A stretch of DNA of 64,000 bases. It comes from Pristiophorus japonicus (taxonomy: Eukaryota). Shown here one piece after another: positions 62,373 to 64,000 of this stretch. The notes beneath the pieces are model-generated. The model was not told the DNA's origin. It was given only the letters and a program-made list of their open reading frames with translations, and did no database searches. The translations under genes and the position numbers were made by a program. The DNA lies in contig NC_091981.1 of NCBI RefSeq assembly GCF_044704955.1, positions 176,576,001 to 176,640,000 on the forward strand, written 5' to 3'. Position 1 is the stretch's first letter. Each line of letters begins with the position of its first letter.

Positions 62373-63590
62373 TCACAAGAAAAGGTTCATGCAGGTCTGC
62401 ACTAGATTCCGTGGGAGGTGCCATGATGCTTTTATACTGCATGATTCCAACATCCCTGACCTGTTCGTACCCTTAAGGGCTGGCTGCTAGATGACAATGG
62501 ATACCCCCTTCAAACCTGGTTGATGACACCTCTGAGGAACCCCAGCAATGAACCCCAAGAGCATGACAATGATAGCCATATGACAATCAGATATGTCATC
62601 GAGCAAGCCATCAGCATAAGCTCAAGATGCGCTTCAGGTGCCTGGACAGTTTTAGAGGTGCCTTTCAGTACTCGCCAGCCAGGATCTCCAGAATAGTTGT
62701 GGTGGACTGCACTCTGCACAACATTGCGCAACAGTGAGTTCTGGAGTTGCAGGAGGAACAAGGCACTTAGCACATACCATCCGATGAGGATTACAATGGA
62801 GAGGAGGATGAAGAGGAGAAAATGAAGATGGGTCATCCAACGCCAGACCAGCTGATCACATTACTGCTCCGGATGCAAAAAATTCCCTAATAGCTCTATG
62901 GTTCAGTTAGTCACTTACCTTGGACCAAAGTAACCATCAAATCCTTCAGCCCCTCCCCGTTCCCCCCTGCCCACTGACACCAACCAGTCCTGTAGCAACC
63001 ATCCATCTGTCGCGCATCTACCAATGGTTCCCTGTCAATTCATGTCTTCACATTCATCAACAAGCAACTGAAAAGGTGAGTTGCCACTTGGCAACCAAGA
63101 ATGGGCAACATTAATACATTTTGTGTGGTTTGGTTTAAAAAAAGAAACTTAGTAATTGTAACATTTTCACAAATACCCTTGGTGAACTACATACAATGTT
63201 TATCTTTCCTTCTTCCTACCGCTCCTATGTGGTGCAACCTCTGTGATTTCAGCAGAGGTAGAGGCAGGCTGCTCAGATCCCTGCTGTCACTGTTGAGATG
63301 CTCTTGGCTGACGACCTCTGGGTTTTGGAGCCTGTGAGGACCCCACTAAAGACTGCTCCACCTGCATCTGGGGCAAACTCCGCCATCGGGAGAAGAGGCA
63401 GTGTGTCATGTACTGGTTGGGGAGGGGGGCAATGGATGAGACATAGGAGCGCTTTGAGTGGAGATCCCACTTCCATGTCCCCTTTCACCATCATCCCTCT
63501 CCTAGGCCAGTAGCACATCACTCCTACCTCTCTGCGGGGGAGCAGCTTGGTGCTCATCAGTGACGCATTGTAAGGCCATTGCTAAGGTAT
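62373..63590 (+). mobile_element. PIF/Harbinger transposase C-terminal remnant and downstream sequence
   Basis: HKKRFMQVCTRFRGRCHDAFIL, GWLL/DNGYPLQTWLMTPLRNP, RYVIEQAI/LKMRFRCLD, FQYSPARISRIVVVDCTLHNIA and an acidic tail (62373-62830). The right boundary is approximate. Confidence 0.88.
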
Positions 63591-64000
63591 CTGTCATCCT
63601 GTTTAAGGCATACATTGCAAGTTTTTACTTCACTTGTGAAAACAGCAGTGAACGAAAGGGAAAGGAAGGGGAAATCAAGCAAGGTAATCGTTCAGCAACC
63701 TCGAAAAACTAACTCAACAATTTTACTATGCTTGCAGGCTATTGAAAAGAGGGAAGATGAATAAATTCAAAAATAAGCAAAAATGTCTAATATATTAAAT
63801 TTGCTAAGCATGTTGTGCGCTCCTTATTTGTGCATCACTTCTGTGACGCTCAGTCTCTCCTATAATTACACACTTCTACTACTTCTTAAGCTTCAGATGT
63901 CCATTCCTAAACCTACAGCAAGACTGTTCAGACAGCCTCGCAGCTCCAGGAATATTTCTAACCTTCGTCCTGGATAATAGTGTGTTTGGAACAGTTACTC

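Overview
Eukaryotic DNA, most likely a shark or other cartilaginous fish (inferred from the repeat families), in which most of the window is transposable-element sequence. One host gene is recognisable: two minus-strand exons of inversin (INVS) at 22540-22775 and 22178-22240, both missed as exons by the ORF track. The intron upstream of them runs past the right end of the window, and the terminal exon could not be pinned down. The remainder is a nested TE landscape. It holds many CR1 LINE copies (three near full length), L2 and RTE fragments, two Deu-domain tRNA SINEs and three compact Gypsy LTR retrotransposons with intact LTR pairs, 5-bp TSDs and broken ORFs. It also holds several PIF/Harbinger remnants and MITEs, two TA-targeting Tc1/mariner(pogo)-type MITEs and a decayed DIRS-type tyrosine recombinase. 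There is no CRISPR array, rRNA or tRNA gene, and I cannot support a wholly new biological system. The best leads are an apparently intact extra IQ motif in this inversin, the DIRS fossil, a bipartite non-autonomous RTE element and hairpin-unit tandem arrays inside MITEs. All family assignments come from motif recognition by eye, not from database searches.
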